Below, in pieces: positions 1 to 10,693 of a DNA stretch of 64,000 bases. Made by a program: the position numbers and the translations under genes. Numbering within the stretch: the stretch's first letter is position 1; each line of letters starts with the position of its first letter. Origin of the DNA: an uncultured Candidatus Saccharibacteria bacterium (GTDB lineage: Bacteria > Patescibacteriota > Saccharimonadia > Saccharimonadales > Saccharimonadaceae); assembly GCA_963549285.1 (NCBI GenBank), contig CAUUYF010000001.1, positions 25,683-89,682 of the forward strand, read 5' to 3'. The notes below the pieces were generated by a model. That model was given only the letters and a program-made list of their open reading frames with translations. It was not told where the DNA came from and searched no databases.

Positions 1-75
1 AGCTCTCAGCCGCCGGCTGATACTGCCGAGGTAGATGCTGACGAGCCGATTGACCTAAGTGATATCCCATTCTAA
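1..75 (+). CDS. ssb: single-stranded DNA-binding protein, 3' end only (cut by window edge)
   Basis: Frame 1 reads ...[12 protein letters not shown]. The acidic tail ending in DIPF is the SSB C-terminal signature. It lies directly upstream of rpsR as in rpsF-ssb-rpsR operons. Confidence 0.55.
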   Translation, partial: SSQPPADTAEVDADEPIDLSDIPF

Positions 76-85
76 GGAGAGAATT

Positions 86-280
86 ATGAAGAGAACTAAA
101 CGTCCATCACCACGCTACTTTGACTATAAGGAGGTCGAAGTCTTGCGTAAGTATATTGATAACTACGGGCAGATTGAGCCTCGCTCCAAGACGGGGCTGA
201 GTGCCAAGTCGCAACGCAATCTGGCGGTAGCGATCAAGCGAGCTCGTCATTTGGCGCTTTTGCCATTTGTGGCTAGCTAG
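86..280 (+). CDS. rpsR: 30S ribosomal protein S18
   Basis: [24 protein letters not shown]...[10 protein letters not shown] is typical S18. AAGGAGAG RBS at 74-81. The ATG at 86 is preferred over the track start at 59. Confidence 0.9.
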   Translation: MKRTKRPSPRYFDYKEVEVLRKYIDNYGQIEPRSKTGLSAKSQRNLAVAIKRARHLALLPFVAS

Positions 281-299
281 TAGATTAGGGTAAAGACTA

Positions 300-340
300 G
301 GGCGAATCAGCCGGGTGGGCTTCCGGCTGTCGCCCTTTTT
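300..340 (+). terminator. rho-independent terminator after rpsR
   Basis: GGGCGAATCAGCCGG...CCGGCTGTCGCCC stem followed by TTTTT. Confidence 0.75.
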
Positions 341-351
341 GAAAGGAGAGA

Positions 352-918
352 ATGATGTATGGACCAACTGATCTGAAGAAAGGGCGAGTGATCGTCGTCG
401 ACGGCAAGCCGTATCAGGTGATTGACTATGCCCAGAAGGTAATGGGGCGGGGTGGCTCGATCGTCAATGTCCGGATCAAGAGCTTGATCGATGGCTCGGT
501 GCTGGCTAAGACTTATAAGGGGCAGGACAAGATTGAGGCAGCGGAAGTATCGCACCAGGTAGCGCAGTATCTGTATAGCGACGCCGAGAAAGTCTACTTC
601 ATGAACCCCGATACCTTTGAGCAGTTTGAGCTGCCGCTGGATGAAGCGAACGATGTGCCCAGCTACCTCAGGGAAGGGGCGGAAGTCCAGCTTCAATTCT
701 TTGATGGGCGGGTCATCGCTGTCGATCTGCCGACTTCGACGCCGCTTAAGGTCGAGTATACCGAGGACGTCGTCAAGGGTAATACCACCTCCAGTGTCCA
801 GAAAGATGCCAAGCTGGAGACGGGTATCACTATCAAGGTGCCGGCCTTCATCAAGAACGGTGACGTGATCAAGGTTGACACCCGGGATGGTAGCTATATT
901 GAACGAATGAAGGACTAG
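352..918 (+). CDS. efp: elongation factor P
   Basis: DLKKGRVIVVDGKPYQVIDYAQKVMGRGGSIVNVRIKSLIDG is an EF-P N-terminal KOW-like motif. Length is 188 aa. Confidence 0.93.
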   Translation: MMYGPTDLKKGRVIVVDGKPYQVIDYAQKVMGRGGSIVNVRIKSLIDGSVLAKTYKGQDKIEAAEVSHQVAQYLYSDAEKVYFMNPDTFEQFELPLDEANDVPSYLREGAEVQLQFFDGRVIAVDLPTSTPLKVEYTEDVVKGNTTSSVQKDAKLETGITIKVPAFIKNGDVIKVDTRDGSYIERMKD

Positions 919-924
919 CTGAGT

Positions 925-1650
925 ATGACGGGGCAGGGCGTCCGTCTGGATAAGGCTTTGGTTCAGCTAGGGCTGGTGACCACTCGTTCGCAGGCTGAAT
1001 CTTATATTCGCCTGGGGCGGGTTAGAGTGGCCGGTCGCCTCATCACTAAGTCGGGCTACTTCGTCCATGATCTGAGCCTAGTTGAGCTGGATCAGCCCGA
1101 GCAGTTCGTCAGCCGGGCTGGGCTGAAGCTGGCCTCGGTAGCCGATAAGCTGGCGGTAGACTTTCGGGGTAAGATAGTCCTGGACGTCGGCTCATCGACA
1201 GGTGGCTTCACTGACTATGCCCTCAGTCGGGGTGCTCGGCGAGTCATCTGTGTCGATGTCGGCACTGACCAGCTTCACCCTAAGCTACGGCGTGACGCAC
1301 GAGTCGAGCTACATGAGAAGACGGATATCAGAGATTTTGCGACCGATCAGTCGGTCGATATTATATTGATCGACGTCTCTTTCATCTCGCTACGTGAGGT
1401 ACTACCTCATCTGGCTGAGCTGGCGAATCGACAGACTCAAGTCGTAGCTATGGTTAAGCCGCAGTTTGAGACAGGTAACCGACTGAAGAACCGCGGTGTG
1501 ATCAAAAATGACACCGAGCGGCGGCGCATCTTACACGATTTCGAGCAGTGGGCGAAGCAGTACTTTTTACTGAGAGCCAAGGCCGATAGTGCCGTAGCGG
1601 GGGCGAGGGGTAATCGGGAGAGGTTTTACCTACTGACTAAGCTAGCTTAG
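925..1650 (+). CDS. tlyA: TlyA-family rRNA 2'-O-methyltransferase (S4 domain + FtsJ-like SAM MTase)
   Basis: N-terminal S4 RNA-binding motif (RLDKALVQLGLVTTRSQAESYIRLGRV) and SAM motif VLDVGSSTGGFTDYAL. Confidence 0.85.
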   Translation: MTGQGVRLDKALVQLGLVTTRSQAESYIRLGRVRVAGRLITKSGYFVHDLSLVELDQPEQFVSRAGLKLASVADKLAVDFRGKIVLDVGSSTGGFTDYALSRGARRVICVDVGTDQLHPKLRRDARVELHEKTDIRDFATDQSVDIILIDVSFISLREVLPHLAELANRQTQVVAMVKPQFETGNRLKNRGVIKNDTERRRILHDFEQWAKQYFLLRAKADSAVAGARGNRERFYLLTKLA

Positions 1651-1651
1651 A

Positions 1652-2773
<1,122 letters not shown>

Positions 2774-2952
2774 AGCAACGCCTCCTCTCTCATCTTGCTA
2801 ATATTCTAGCACTAATTATCCGCACGGCTTTTGCTTTGTACGGGTTGACTAGATTCCTGGAGCATGCACGTCTAGGGCTCAAGCCGTGTCATGAGTCGAC
2901 CGGTCCGGCGTGACATTGTATTTTCAAATTGGTTATGTATAATGAAAATAGT

Positions 2953-3996
2953 ATGAAGTTAAATAAAACGGTGGGCAACTTCTTCGCCTTGGACATAGGT
3001 ACAACAGCGATCCGGGTGGTTGAGTTGGGGCATTCCGGCAGTGGCTGGAATCTAAAGCACTATGCGACTAAGGCTATACCATCCCGCCTTAGCGAGTCTA
3101 CCGCAGACAAAGACCGCCGGGCATTAGGGATGGCGATCACTGAGGTGATCAATCAGTCGGGCATCAAGACTAAAGATGTGGCGATTGGCGTCCCTTCGGG
3201 CAAGATGTTTGCTAGCGTCGTTGAGGTACCGACAGTAGCTAAAGCAGAGCTGAATGCCACCATCAAGTACCAAGCCGAGAATTACGTGCCGATGCGTCCT
3301 GATGAAGCTAAGATTGATTGGGCAATTATCGGACCATCACCGGTCGAGCAGGGTAAGACAGAGGTGCTGGTGGCAAGCGTGCTTAATACCTTTACTGAAG
3401 CCAGGCTGGACATGCTGGAGAACGAGCTGGGGCTTAATGTCATCGCTATCGAGCCGGACAGCATCGCCCTGATTCGAGCCCTCTTACCTGACGGCATCAC
3501 CGATGGGCGACTCCTGGTTAATATGGAGGACTCATCGACAGACGTGATTGTGACCATCGGCAATGCGCCTCGTCTGATTCGCTCTATCCCAATCGGGCTG
3601 ACCTCTATGGTACGGATGGCTAAGCAGAACCTCAATATCGACGACCAGCAAGCTCGTCAGCTACTACTTAAGTTCGGTGTTGACCAGAATGCCCTGGACG
3701 GACAGGTCTATCGGGCGGTACACACACTGGTTGACCAGCTTAATGCCGAGCTGGTTAAGTCGCTCAAGTTCTTCGTCACTAAGTACAACAATATGCAGAT
3801 TGGTGCCATGCTAGTCAGTGGCTATACTGCCAGCTTGACCGGCTTTACCGATATCATGAGCGAGAAGACCAATCTGCCGGTCCAGTTAGCGACACCTTGG
3901 CAGCATGTCAATGTCCCGATGGGTGATCAGACCACCCTGGCACCAATAAGTTCGCAGTTCGCCGTAGCGGTCGGACTAGCAGAAAGGGCAGAGTAA
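2953..3996 (+). CDS. pilM: type IV pilus assembly protein PilM (actin-like ATPase fold)
   Basis: FALDIGTTAIRVVEL start of the actin-like fold, first gene of the pil cluster. ATG 2953 lies 9 nt after an extended -10 TGTATAAT (2936-2943). Confidence 0.85.
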   Translation: MKLNKTVGNFFALDIGTTAIRVVELGHSGSGWNLKHYATKAIPSRLSESTADKDRRALGMAITEVINQSGIKTKDVAIGVPSGKMFASVVEVPTVAKAELNATIKYQAENYVPMRPDEAKIDWAIIGPSPVEQGKTEVLVASVLNTFTEARLDMLENELGLNVIAIEPDSIALIRALLPDGITDGRLLVNMEDSSTDVIVTIGNAPRLIRSIPIGLTSMVRMAKQNLNIDDQQARQLLLKFGVDQNALDGQVYRAVHTLVDQLNAELVKSLKFFVTKYNNMQIGAMLVSGYTASLTGFTDIMSEKTNLPVQLATPWQHVNVPMGDQTTLAPISSQFAVAVGLAERAE

Positions 3997-3997
3997 G

Positions 3998-4915
3998 ATG
4001 ATTTCCTTAAACCTCCTACCGGATGTCAAGAAAGATCTCCTGCGGGTCAGGCGAGAGCGCAATCTAGTCGTCTCGATCAGTGTTGTCGTCGTTGGCGCTT
4101 CGATCGGCGTCTTACTCCTGCTCAGTGGTACGCTTGGCGTGCTGGTGGCGACTAAGGCTCTGATGGAGAATGGCATCAAGAATGACGAGCAGACGATCAA
4201 GCAAGCCCAAAAGAAGAAGCAGCTTGATAAATACATCACCATCCAGAATCAGCTCAAGCAGATCGGCAAGCTCAAGTCTGACCAGCAGGTCTACTCTCGG
4301 CTGATGGATTATCTGACTCAGCTTAATCCGGCTGCGCCGAATAACGTCCAGATCAGCAGTGCGAAGATCGAAGCACCGGCCGGTAGTAGCGGCGACACCT
4401 CGTCTAGCAGTAGCTCTTCTGATGGTATCACTATGACGATCGAGGGTAAGACGACCAACTTCTCGGCACTTGACGTCTATAAGAATACCTTGTCCAAGGC
4501 GCAGCTCAGCTACGAGGTAGAGGAGGAAGACACCTCGTCGGATAGCGAGAGCTCGGCTAATTCAGACGGCACCTATAGCAAGGAGACCTCATCAGACAGT
4601 GACAGCTCCGACAGCGATAGTCAGTCCAAGAAAAAGAAGAAATCTGCTACTAAGAAGAAGGCGATGAAAGAAAATCTGGTCACCGCTGTCAATGTCAAAG
4701 ACAGCAGTCTCTCTGCCGGTGGTAGCCAGAATGAGGCTCTGGTTAGCTTCACTCTGACGGTTACCTTTAACGACAGTGCCTTCAGTCCGAAGTCGACTAA
4801 TATCAAGCTGGAAGTACCGAAAGAAACCACCTCGGATGGCGACCGCAATGCTCCGAAAGAGACTTTCCATACTGATGCCAAAGATAAGTCTAATGACAAG
4901 AAGGACGAGCAATGA
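3998..4915 (+). CDS. PilN-like pilus assembly protein with long Ser/Asp/Lys low-complexity insert
   Basis: N-terminal LNLLPDVKKD...R + single TM typical of PilN, position after pilM. Acidic Ser/Asp tract followed by KKKKKSATKKK. Confidence 0.6.
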   Translation: MISLNLLPDVKKDLLRVRRERNLVVSISVVVVGASIGVLLLLSGTLGVLVATKALMENGIKNDEQTIKQAQKKKQLDKYITIQNQLKQIGKLKSDQQVYSRLMDYLTQLNPAAPNNVQISSAKIEAPAGSSGDTSSSSSSSDGITMTIEGKTTNFSALDVYKNTLSKAQLSYEVEEEDTSSDSESSANSDGTYSKETSSDSDSSDSDSQSKKKKKSATKKKAMKENLVTAVNVKDSSLSAGGSQNEALVSFTLTVTFNDSAFSPKSTNIKLEVPKETTSDGDRNAPKETFHTDAKDKSNDKKDEQ

Positions 4916-5688
4916 GTGAAGAAAATGCCCTGACCGGTATCAAGAAGCGACAGCAGATCACTAATACCCGCAAGCAGGTATTCACCTGGGTGGCATTAGC
5001 GGCGGCTTTGGTAGTGATTTGCTTGGTGGTGGGCTGGAATCTGATGCAGCGGATCAACTACCAGAACAAGGTTAACCGTGACGTGGGTAAGACTGCTCAG
5101 ACCATGCACGATAATGTTGAGGCGGTCGACAAGCTGATCAAGAATGTCAACGCCCTTAAGGCTAACGCTGCTCTGTCGCTACCCAATCTCAAAGCCGATG
5201 ACAGCACGGTCTTTCAGGTGGTGATCGACGCCTTGCCGACCGAGGACGATAGTGTGGCACTGAGCTCATCGCTTCAGAACAAGATCTTGTCTAAGTCGGG
5301 CGTGACTATAGAGCAGATCAATGTAGATACTACCGAGTCTGACAGTTCATCCAGCTCGTCGAGTTCATCCAGCTCCAGCTCCAGCTCATCCGGAAGCTCG
5401 TCCAGTTCTAGCTCCGGTTCTAGCAGATCTGGCGTCAGTAAGGCGGACGATGTCCAATTCCCGGTAGCTAAGCCGATCACCTTCCGAGTTAGCTTGGTCG
5501 GTAGCTTCGACTCAGTCAAGTCTGCCCTGCAGGATATCGAGAGCACCATTCGACCAATCACTATCACTAAGCTGACGATTGATGGCTCGGACGACAAGCT
5601 CAACGCCACCATCGAGGCACAGACCTATTATTCTAGCAAGGTTAACTTTAAGCTAGGTAAGAAGGAGATCCAGTATGAGAAAAAGTGA
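4912..5688 (+). CDS. PilO-like pilus assembly protein with poly-Ser tract
   Basis: Single N-terminal TM, coiled region, position after pilN, start overlaps the pilN stop. Contains a run of about 30 Ser/Gly residues. Confidence 0.5.
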   Translation: MSEENALTGIKKRQQITNTRKQVFTWVALAAALVVICLVVGWNLMQRINYQNKVNRDVGKTAQTMHDNVEAVDKLIKNVNALKANAALSLPNLKADDSTVFQVVIDALPTEDDSVALSSSLQNKILSKSGVTIEQINVDTTESDSSSSSSSSSSSSSSSSGSSSSSSSGSSRSGVSKADDVQFPVAKPITFRVSLVGSFDSVKSALQDIESTIRPITITKLTIDGSDDKLNATIEAQTYYSSKVNFKLGKKEIQYEKK

Positions 5689-5926
5689 TTGGGCGGCTAT
5701 CATCTTAATCGTTGCCATCGTCGGCTTGACTTCGTACTTCGTAGTCGGGGCGATCATGCCTTCACCGGCCGATAGCCTGCAGACAGTCCAGATAGCTCCG
5801 ACTATTGAGAGCAAGGTTGACGAGCCGGATAAGAAGATCTTCTCTGACACCGCCATCAATCCGACCGTTCGGACAACTATCGGTGACCAGTCCAACCAGC
5901 ACCCCTTTAACCTGGAGAACAAATAG
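5675..5926 (+). CDS. small single-pass membrane protein of the pil operon
   Basis: AAGGAG RBS upstream, TM helix AAIILIVAIVGLTSYFVVGAI, overlaps the end of the PilO-like gene. Confidence 0.45.
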   Translation: MRKSDWAAIILIVAIVGLTSYFVVGAIMPSPADSLQTVQIAPTIESKVDEPDKKIFSDTAINPTVRTTIGDQSNQHPFNLENK

Positions 5927-5931
5927 GTGGT

Positions 5932-7698
5932 ATGGCAATCCTGACCGACGAGTCTCGTGCTAAGATTGAGGCCTACTTTATAGAAGCAGGCCTTTTTACC
6001 GATGACCAGCTCGAGCATTTTCGTCGCAAGGCACAGGCAGAGAATGAGCCTCTCTTTGCTTATTTGATGCGAGAGGAGATCATTAACGATGAGCAGCTAG
6101 CTGAGGCGACGGCTCGCACCAGTGGTACGCCTTATGTCAACTTGTCGCACGCTATCATCGATAGTAGTGTCTTAGCACTTCTACCGATGGAGGTGGCGCA
6201 ACGTTTCATGGCTGTGCCGCTGGGTGAGACTAACGAAGGTGGGGCAGAGCGCTTGGCGGTCGCCATGCTTGATGCTAATAACGTCCAGGCAGTTGACTTC
6301 CTGTCGAATACCATTGGTCGTCCGATCAAAGTCTACATGGCGAGCGAATCGGGCATCAATAACGTCCTGTCGCAGTACCGGATGGATGTTGATGAGGGGG
6401 TCCGAGCTTCGCTTGACAGTAACGCTCCTAAGATCACCAGCAATGCTCAGGTGATTGTCCAGGATTCGCCGATCTCTAAGGTGCTGAACCAGCTGCTTGA
6501 GTATGCCCAGCGGGTTCGGGCCTCAGATATCCACATTGAGCCGAGCGAGAATCAGCTAACCATTCGTTGTCGGATTGACGGCGTACTCCGAGTAGTGATG
6601 GTTCTACCCAAGTCAACTGAGGCGGCACTAGTCTCTCGGATCAAGATCTTATCTAACCTCAAGATTGACGAGCATCGCAAGCCGCAGGATGGTCAGTTCA
6701 CTGTCATGGTCGGCGAGAAAGAGGTTGACCTTCGTATCGCTATCTCACCGGTCGTCTGGGGTGAGCAGGTGGTGATCCGCTTGCTGGATAAGTCAGGTAG
6801 CACCTTTAAGCTGGAGGATATGGGCTATGCTAGCCGAGCTCTCCGGATGATTCGACGGGGGATTGCTCGGCCTAATGGCATGATTCTGACCTCCGGACCG
6901 ACCGGCTCAGGTAAGTCGACCTCGCTCTACGCTCTGGTCCAAGAGATCTATAGCGAGAAGATCAATATCGTCACCCTGGAGGATCCGGTCGAGTACAAGA
7001 TGGAGGGAGTGAATCAGATCCAGGTTAATCCTGCCGTTGGGCTGACCTTTGCTAATGGGCTACGCTCTATCCTGCGCCAAGACCCTGATGTCGTCCTGGT
7101 CGGCGAGATCCGAGATAGTGAGACGGCTAACCTGGCGGTTCAGGCAGCTCTGACCGGGCACCTTGTTCTCTCGACTCTGCACACCAACTCGGCGGCTGGC
7201 ATCTTGCCTCGTCTACTGGATATGGGAGTAGAGCCGTTCCTGATCGCCTCGACGATCAATACCGTCATCGGTCAGCGTCTGGTTCGTCGAGTCTCGGCAG
7301 ATAAAGAGTCGTATCAGAGCGACCCGCTACAGACCGAGATGATCAGAAACGTGGTCGGGCCGCTCCTGCCGAGGACGCCTGACGAGATTCAGACGATCGG
7401 TCAGGACTTAGGCTACGCTAATCTGCCCCTGCAGGATTCGGCCTCCTTTACCCTGGTCAAGGGTAAAGAGACGGCTACTACGCCGGGTGGTTTCCGAGGT
7501 CGGATGGGCCTCTACGAGGTGATGGAAGTGACTGACGAAGTGCAGAAGCTGATCATCGGGCATGCTACCTCCAGCCAGATCCAGCAGCTGGGCATTGCCC
7601 AGGGGATGATCCCGATGCACCAAGATGGCTTCCTCAAGGCGCTGACCGGGCAGACCACCATTGAAGAAGTTAACCGAGTGGCGGCTAATATTGCATAA
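5932..7698 (+). CDS. pilB: type IV pilus assembly ATPase PilB (GspE family)
   Basis: N-terminal GSPII_E_N-like region, Walker A SGPTGSGKSTSL, Asp box, VLVGEIRD, His box TGHLVLSTLHTN. Confidence 0.9.
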   Translation: MAILTDESRAKIEAYFIEAGLFTDDQLEHFRRKAQAENEPLFAYLMREEIINDEQLAEATARTSGTPYVNLSHAIIDSSVLALLPMEVAQRFMAVPLGETNEGGAERLAVAMLDANNVQAVDFLSNTIGRPIKVYMASESGINNVLSQYRMDVDEGVRASLDSNAPKITSNAQVIVQDSPISKVLNQLLEYAQRVRASDIHIEPSENQLTIRCRIDGVLRVVMVLPKSTEAALVSRIKILSNLKIDEHRKPQDGQFTVMVGEKEVDLRIAISPVVWGEQVVIRLLDKSGSTFKLEDMGYASRALRMIRRGIARPNGMILTSGPTGSGKSTSLYALVQEIYSEKINIVTLEDPVEYKMEGVNQIQVNPAVGLTFANGLRSILRQDPDVVLVGEIRDSETANLAVQAALTGHLVLSTLHTNSAAGILPRLLDMGVEPFLIASTINTVIGQRLVRRVSADKESYQSDPLQTEMIRNVVGPLLPRTPDEIQTIGQDLGYANLPLQDSASFTLVKGKETATTPGGFRGRMGLYEVMEVTDEVQKLIIGHATSSQIQQLGIAQGMIPMHQDGFLKALTGQTTIEEVNRVAANIA

Positions 7699-7739
7699 AG
7701 CATGAGCATGATATAATTAAAAACGAATAGGGAGGCATA

Positions 7740-8804
7740 ATGGATAACATCAGAATAGAAATGCTGCTGCAGGAGGTCATTAACCAGCACGCCAGTGACC
7801 TACACCTGCAGGTAGGCTTACCGCCGATGCTTCGGATCGACGGAGCGCTAACGCCGGTGGCTAATACGCCATCGCTAGATGTCGAGACGACAGAGCGCTT
7901 GATCTTCAGCATCTTAGACAACGAACAGAAGCAGATCCTGCTCAAGGACAAGGAGTTTGACTTCTCCTTTGCCTTTGGCGATCTCGGTCGTTTCCGAGTC
8001 AACGCCTTTCATGAGCGGGGCAATATCGCTGCTGCTATGCGTCTCATCCCGAATGATATTCCGACCTTGGCTGAGCTCGGCTTGCCGGCGGTCGTCGAGT
8101 CCTTCGCTGATTATCCTCGGGGGCTGGTCTTAGTCACCGGGCCGACCGGCTCAGGCAAGTCGACTACCTTAGCGGCGCTACTGGACAAGATCAACTCCGA
8201 GCGGAGCGAGCATATCATCACTATCGAGGACCCGATCGAGTTCACCCACAAGTCGAAGCGCTCGGTGATCGTTCAGCGGGAGGTTCACTACGACACCTAC
8301 TCCTTTAGTGCCGCCTTACGCTCCGCCCTACGAGAAGACCCGGATGTCGTCTTGATCGGTGAGATGCGTGATCTGGAGACGATTAGCGCCGCCATCACTA
8401 TCGCCGAGACAGGGCACTTAGTCTTCGCCACCTTGCACACCAATAGCGCTTCCCAGTCGATCGACCGGATGGTCAATGTCTTCCCACCGCACCAGCAGCC
8501 TCAGATCAAAGCCCAGCTGGGCAATATGCTGATGGCGATCTGCTCGCAGCGTTTGATTCCAGCTATCGGAGGTGGACGCTTGGTCTCAGCCGAGATCTTG
8601 GTCGCTAACCCGGCTGTCCGCAATATCATCCGTGAGGGCAAGTCACATCAGCTCGACCAGGTCATCCAGACCAGCGCTAAGGAAGGCATGCAGTCGATGG
8701 ATCGCACTCTGGTGCAGCTGGTTCAGTCCGGTCAGATTACTTACGACGAGGCGAAGAATTACGCTGTTGACTTAGATGATCTTAATCGAATGATGAGGGG
8801 GTAG
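7740..8804 (+). CDS. pilT: twitching motility (retraction) ATPase PilT
   Basis: ASDLHLQVGLPPMLRIDG, TGPTGSGKSTTL, AALREDPDVVLIGEMRD, TGHLVFATLHTN. GGGAGG RBS upstream. Confidence 0.92.
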   Translation: MDNIRIEMLLQEVINQHASDLHLQVGLPPMLRIDGALTPVANTPSLDVETTERLIFSILDNEQKQILLKDKEFDFSFAFGDLGRFRVNAFHERGNIAAAMRLIPNDIPTLAELGLPAVVESFADYPRGLVLVTGPTGSGKSTTLAALLDKINSERSEHIITIEDPIEFTHKSKRSVIVQREVHYDTYSFSAALRSALREDPDVVLIGEMRDLETISAAITIAETGHLVFATLHTNSASQSIDRMVNVFPPHQQPQIKAQLGNMLMAICSQRLIPAIGGGRLVSAEILVANPAVRNIIREGKSHQLDQVIQTSAKEGMQSMDRTLVQLVQSGQITYDEAKNYAVDLDDLNRMMRG

Positions 8805-8810
8805 AGACCG

Positions 8811-10019
8811 GTGATTACCTTTCGATATAAAGCTCGTAATACCGCCACTGGCAAGATCGAGAAGAGTACTGTCCAGGGCAATAGTGAGTCGGCGGCGGCT
8901 AAGCTGCTAATGGCGCAGGGGCTAGTTCCCCTAGAGATGACCCCGGCCAGCGAGGAGGGGCTTCTCTCCGGTCTGCGCAAGCGGGTCAGTCCGAAAGAGC
9001 TGGTCATCTTCACTCGTCAGCTGGCGACCATGCTGAATGCTGGCTTGCCGCTGGCTCAGTCGTTGGCGACCGTCCAAGACCAGACTAGCAGCAAGATGCT
9101 CAAGGTGATCGTCGCCGACCTGGTCGGCAGCATCAATGGTGGTATGCCTCTGTCTGATGCCATGGCGAAGTACCCGAAGGTCTTTAACCAGGTCTACGTG
9201 GCGCTGGTACGAGCCGGTGAGACTTCTGGTACGCTGGATCAAGCCCTGGCTCGCCTAGCTAACCAGCAGGAGCACGACTACGACCAGATCAGCAAGATCA
9301 GGGGGGCGATGGTCTATCCGGCGATCGTCCTGGCGGTGATCGTAGCGGTGGTTATCTTCATGCTGGTTACCTTGATCCCGCAGGTCTCCAGCATGTACAA
9401 GGACTTAGGCAAGACTCTACCGATCACCACCGAGATCCTGCTGGCTGTCGTCAATTTCTTCGCTGCTTTCTGGTATATCATCATCGTGGCGCTGGGCGGG
9501 CTGATCTTCTTCGCTCGGCGGTGGCTGGCTACCAGTAGTGGGCGACGGGCTTGGGATTCCTTCAAGCTCAATGCGCCGATCTTTAATAGCCTGCTGCGCA
9601 AGATGTACATGGCTCGCTTCGCTCGGACGGCTCAGGTACTGCTTAGCTCAGGCGTGTCGATGATCGAGACGCTGAAGATCTCGTCAGAGGCGGTCAATAA
9701 CGTCCTTATCCGAGATGAGCTTCTCCAGGCGGTCAATAAGGTCAAGAACGGCAAGGCGCTCTCAGAGGCGCTGACGAACCAAGAGTACATCTTGCCCTTC
9801 GTGCCGCAGATGATCAAGATCGGTGAGTCGTCCGGTGGTATCGATGCCATGCTGGCGAAGATTGCCGACTACTACGACAAGGAGGTCGATAACGCCATCG
9901 CCGCTATCTCCACCTTGATCGAGCCTGTCCTGATGATCTTGATGGCGATCATGATCGGCTTCATCGTCCTGGCGGTCTTGCTGCCGATCTACGGCTTGAC
10001 CGATACTTCCACTCTCTAG
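8811..10019 (+). CDS. pilC: type IV pilus platform protein PilC (GspF family)
   Basis: Two GspF repeats (FTRQLATMLNAGLPL ... FARTAQVLLSSGVSM), three TM segments, GTG start. Confidence 0.9.
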   Translation: MITFRYKARNTATGKIEKSTVQGNSESAAAKLLMAQGLVPLEMTPASEEGLLSGLRKRVSPKELVIFTRQLATMLNAGLPLAQSLATVQDQTSSKMLKVIVADLVGSINGGMPLSDAMAKYPKVFNQVYVALVRAGETSGTLDQALARLANQQEHDYDQISKIRGAMVYPAIVLAVIVAVVIFMLVTLIPQVSSMYKDLGKTLPITTEILLAVVNFFAAFWYIIIVALGGLIFFARRWLATSSGRRAWDSFKLNAPIFNSLLRKMYMARFARTAQVLLSSGVSMIETLKISSEAVNNVLIRDELLQAVNKVKNGKALSEALTNQEYILPFVPQMIKIGESSGGIDAMLAKIADYYDKEVDNAIAAISTLIEPVLMILMAIMIGFIVLAVLLPIYGLTDTSTL

Positions 10020-10110
10020 CTGATATTCCGCTGATAGTGCTTGTGTTTTCGCCAGCTTAGTATATAATCAGACATGTAATAATTAATAAAGAAAGGACAT
10101 ACAATCTAGT

Positions 10111-10611
10111 ATGAAAAAAACTGAAAAAGGTTTCACCATCATCGAGGTAGCCTTGGTCTTAGCTATCGGTGCTTTGATCTTCCTCGTGGTCTTCCTGGCT
10201 GTACCGGCTCTGCAGCGCAACCAGCGAAATGACGCCCGCAAGCGAGATATCAGCAATATAGTCGAGGCTGTCCATGACTATAACGCTAACCATCCGACGG
10301 GACAAATGGCTGGTGGGACAGTTTATGACGCTAATGGTCCTAAGAAGGATGATACTAAAAATAATTTATTGGGCAACTACCTTGACAATCTGTCGTCAAG
10401 TACGGATGAGGTTGAGGTCTATGATAGTGGTAGTGGCAACCTTCCTCCCATCACTGGAAATGGCGTGCAAACGAACAAGATCCATGTGTTTAAGGGTAGA
10501 AAGTGTAATGGCTTGGATGGCGTAGAACAAGGATCCGGTCGGCAGGCAGCTGTCATGGGTACGATGGAGCGCTCCGGCGGTTATACTCGTTACTGCCAGG
10601 ATGCCAGCTAA
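10111..10611 (+). CDS. type IV pilin (probable major pilin)
   Basis: Class III signal MKKTEKG|FTIIEVALVLAIGALIF (Gly-1, Phe+1, Glu+5). Own promoter-like TATAAT and terminator. Confidence 0.85.
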   Translation: MKKTEKGFTIIEVALVLAIGALIFLVVFLAVPALQRNQRNDARKRDISNIVEAVHDYNANHPTGQMAGGTVYDANGPKKDDTKNNLLGNYLDNLSSSTDEVEVYDSGSGNLPPITGNGVQTNKIHVFKGRKCNGLDGVEQGSGRQAAVMGTMERSGGYTRYCQDAS

Positions 10612-10639
10612 TCTTGCCTAAGTATTAGCCTAGGCTATA

Positions 10640-10670
10640 CCTCCTTATCCTCTCGGGATAGGGAGGTTTT
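10640..10670 (+). terminator. rho-independent terminator after pilin gene
   Basis: CCTCCTTATCC-tctcg-GGATAGGGAGG followed by TTTT. Confidence 0.75.
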
Positions 10671-10678
10671 AGCTTTAC

Positions 10679-10687
10679 TGCTATAAT
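10679..10687 (+). promoter_or_regulatory. extended -10 (TGCTATAAT) for pilD
   Basis: The motif ends 6 nt before ATG 10694, implying a leaderless pilD mRNA. Confidence 0.55.
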
Positions 10688-10693
10688 ATGCTT

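Noticed and set aside
307-696. Long antisense or out-of-frame ORFs inside well-supported genes, for example 307-696(-), 3282-3635(-), 5653-6018(-), 29725-30114(-), 37880-38431(-), 54682-55080(-), 26088-26546(-).
   Set aside because: Each lies entirely within a gene whose product has strong family motifs. They are shadow ORFs of the kind expected at this base composition, with no independent signals.
5274-5612. Poly-Ser coding tract in the PilO-like gene as a phase-variable simple-sequence repeat.
   Set aside because: Codons are mixed (AGC/AGT/TCA/TCC/TCG) with no long perfect mono-, di- or trinucleotide run, so slipped-strand switching is unlikely.
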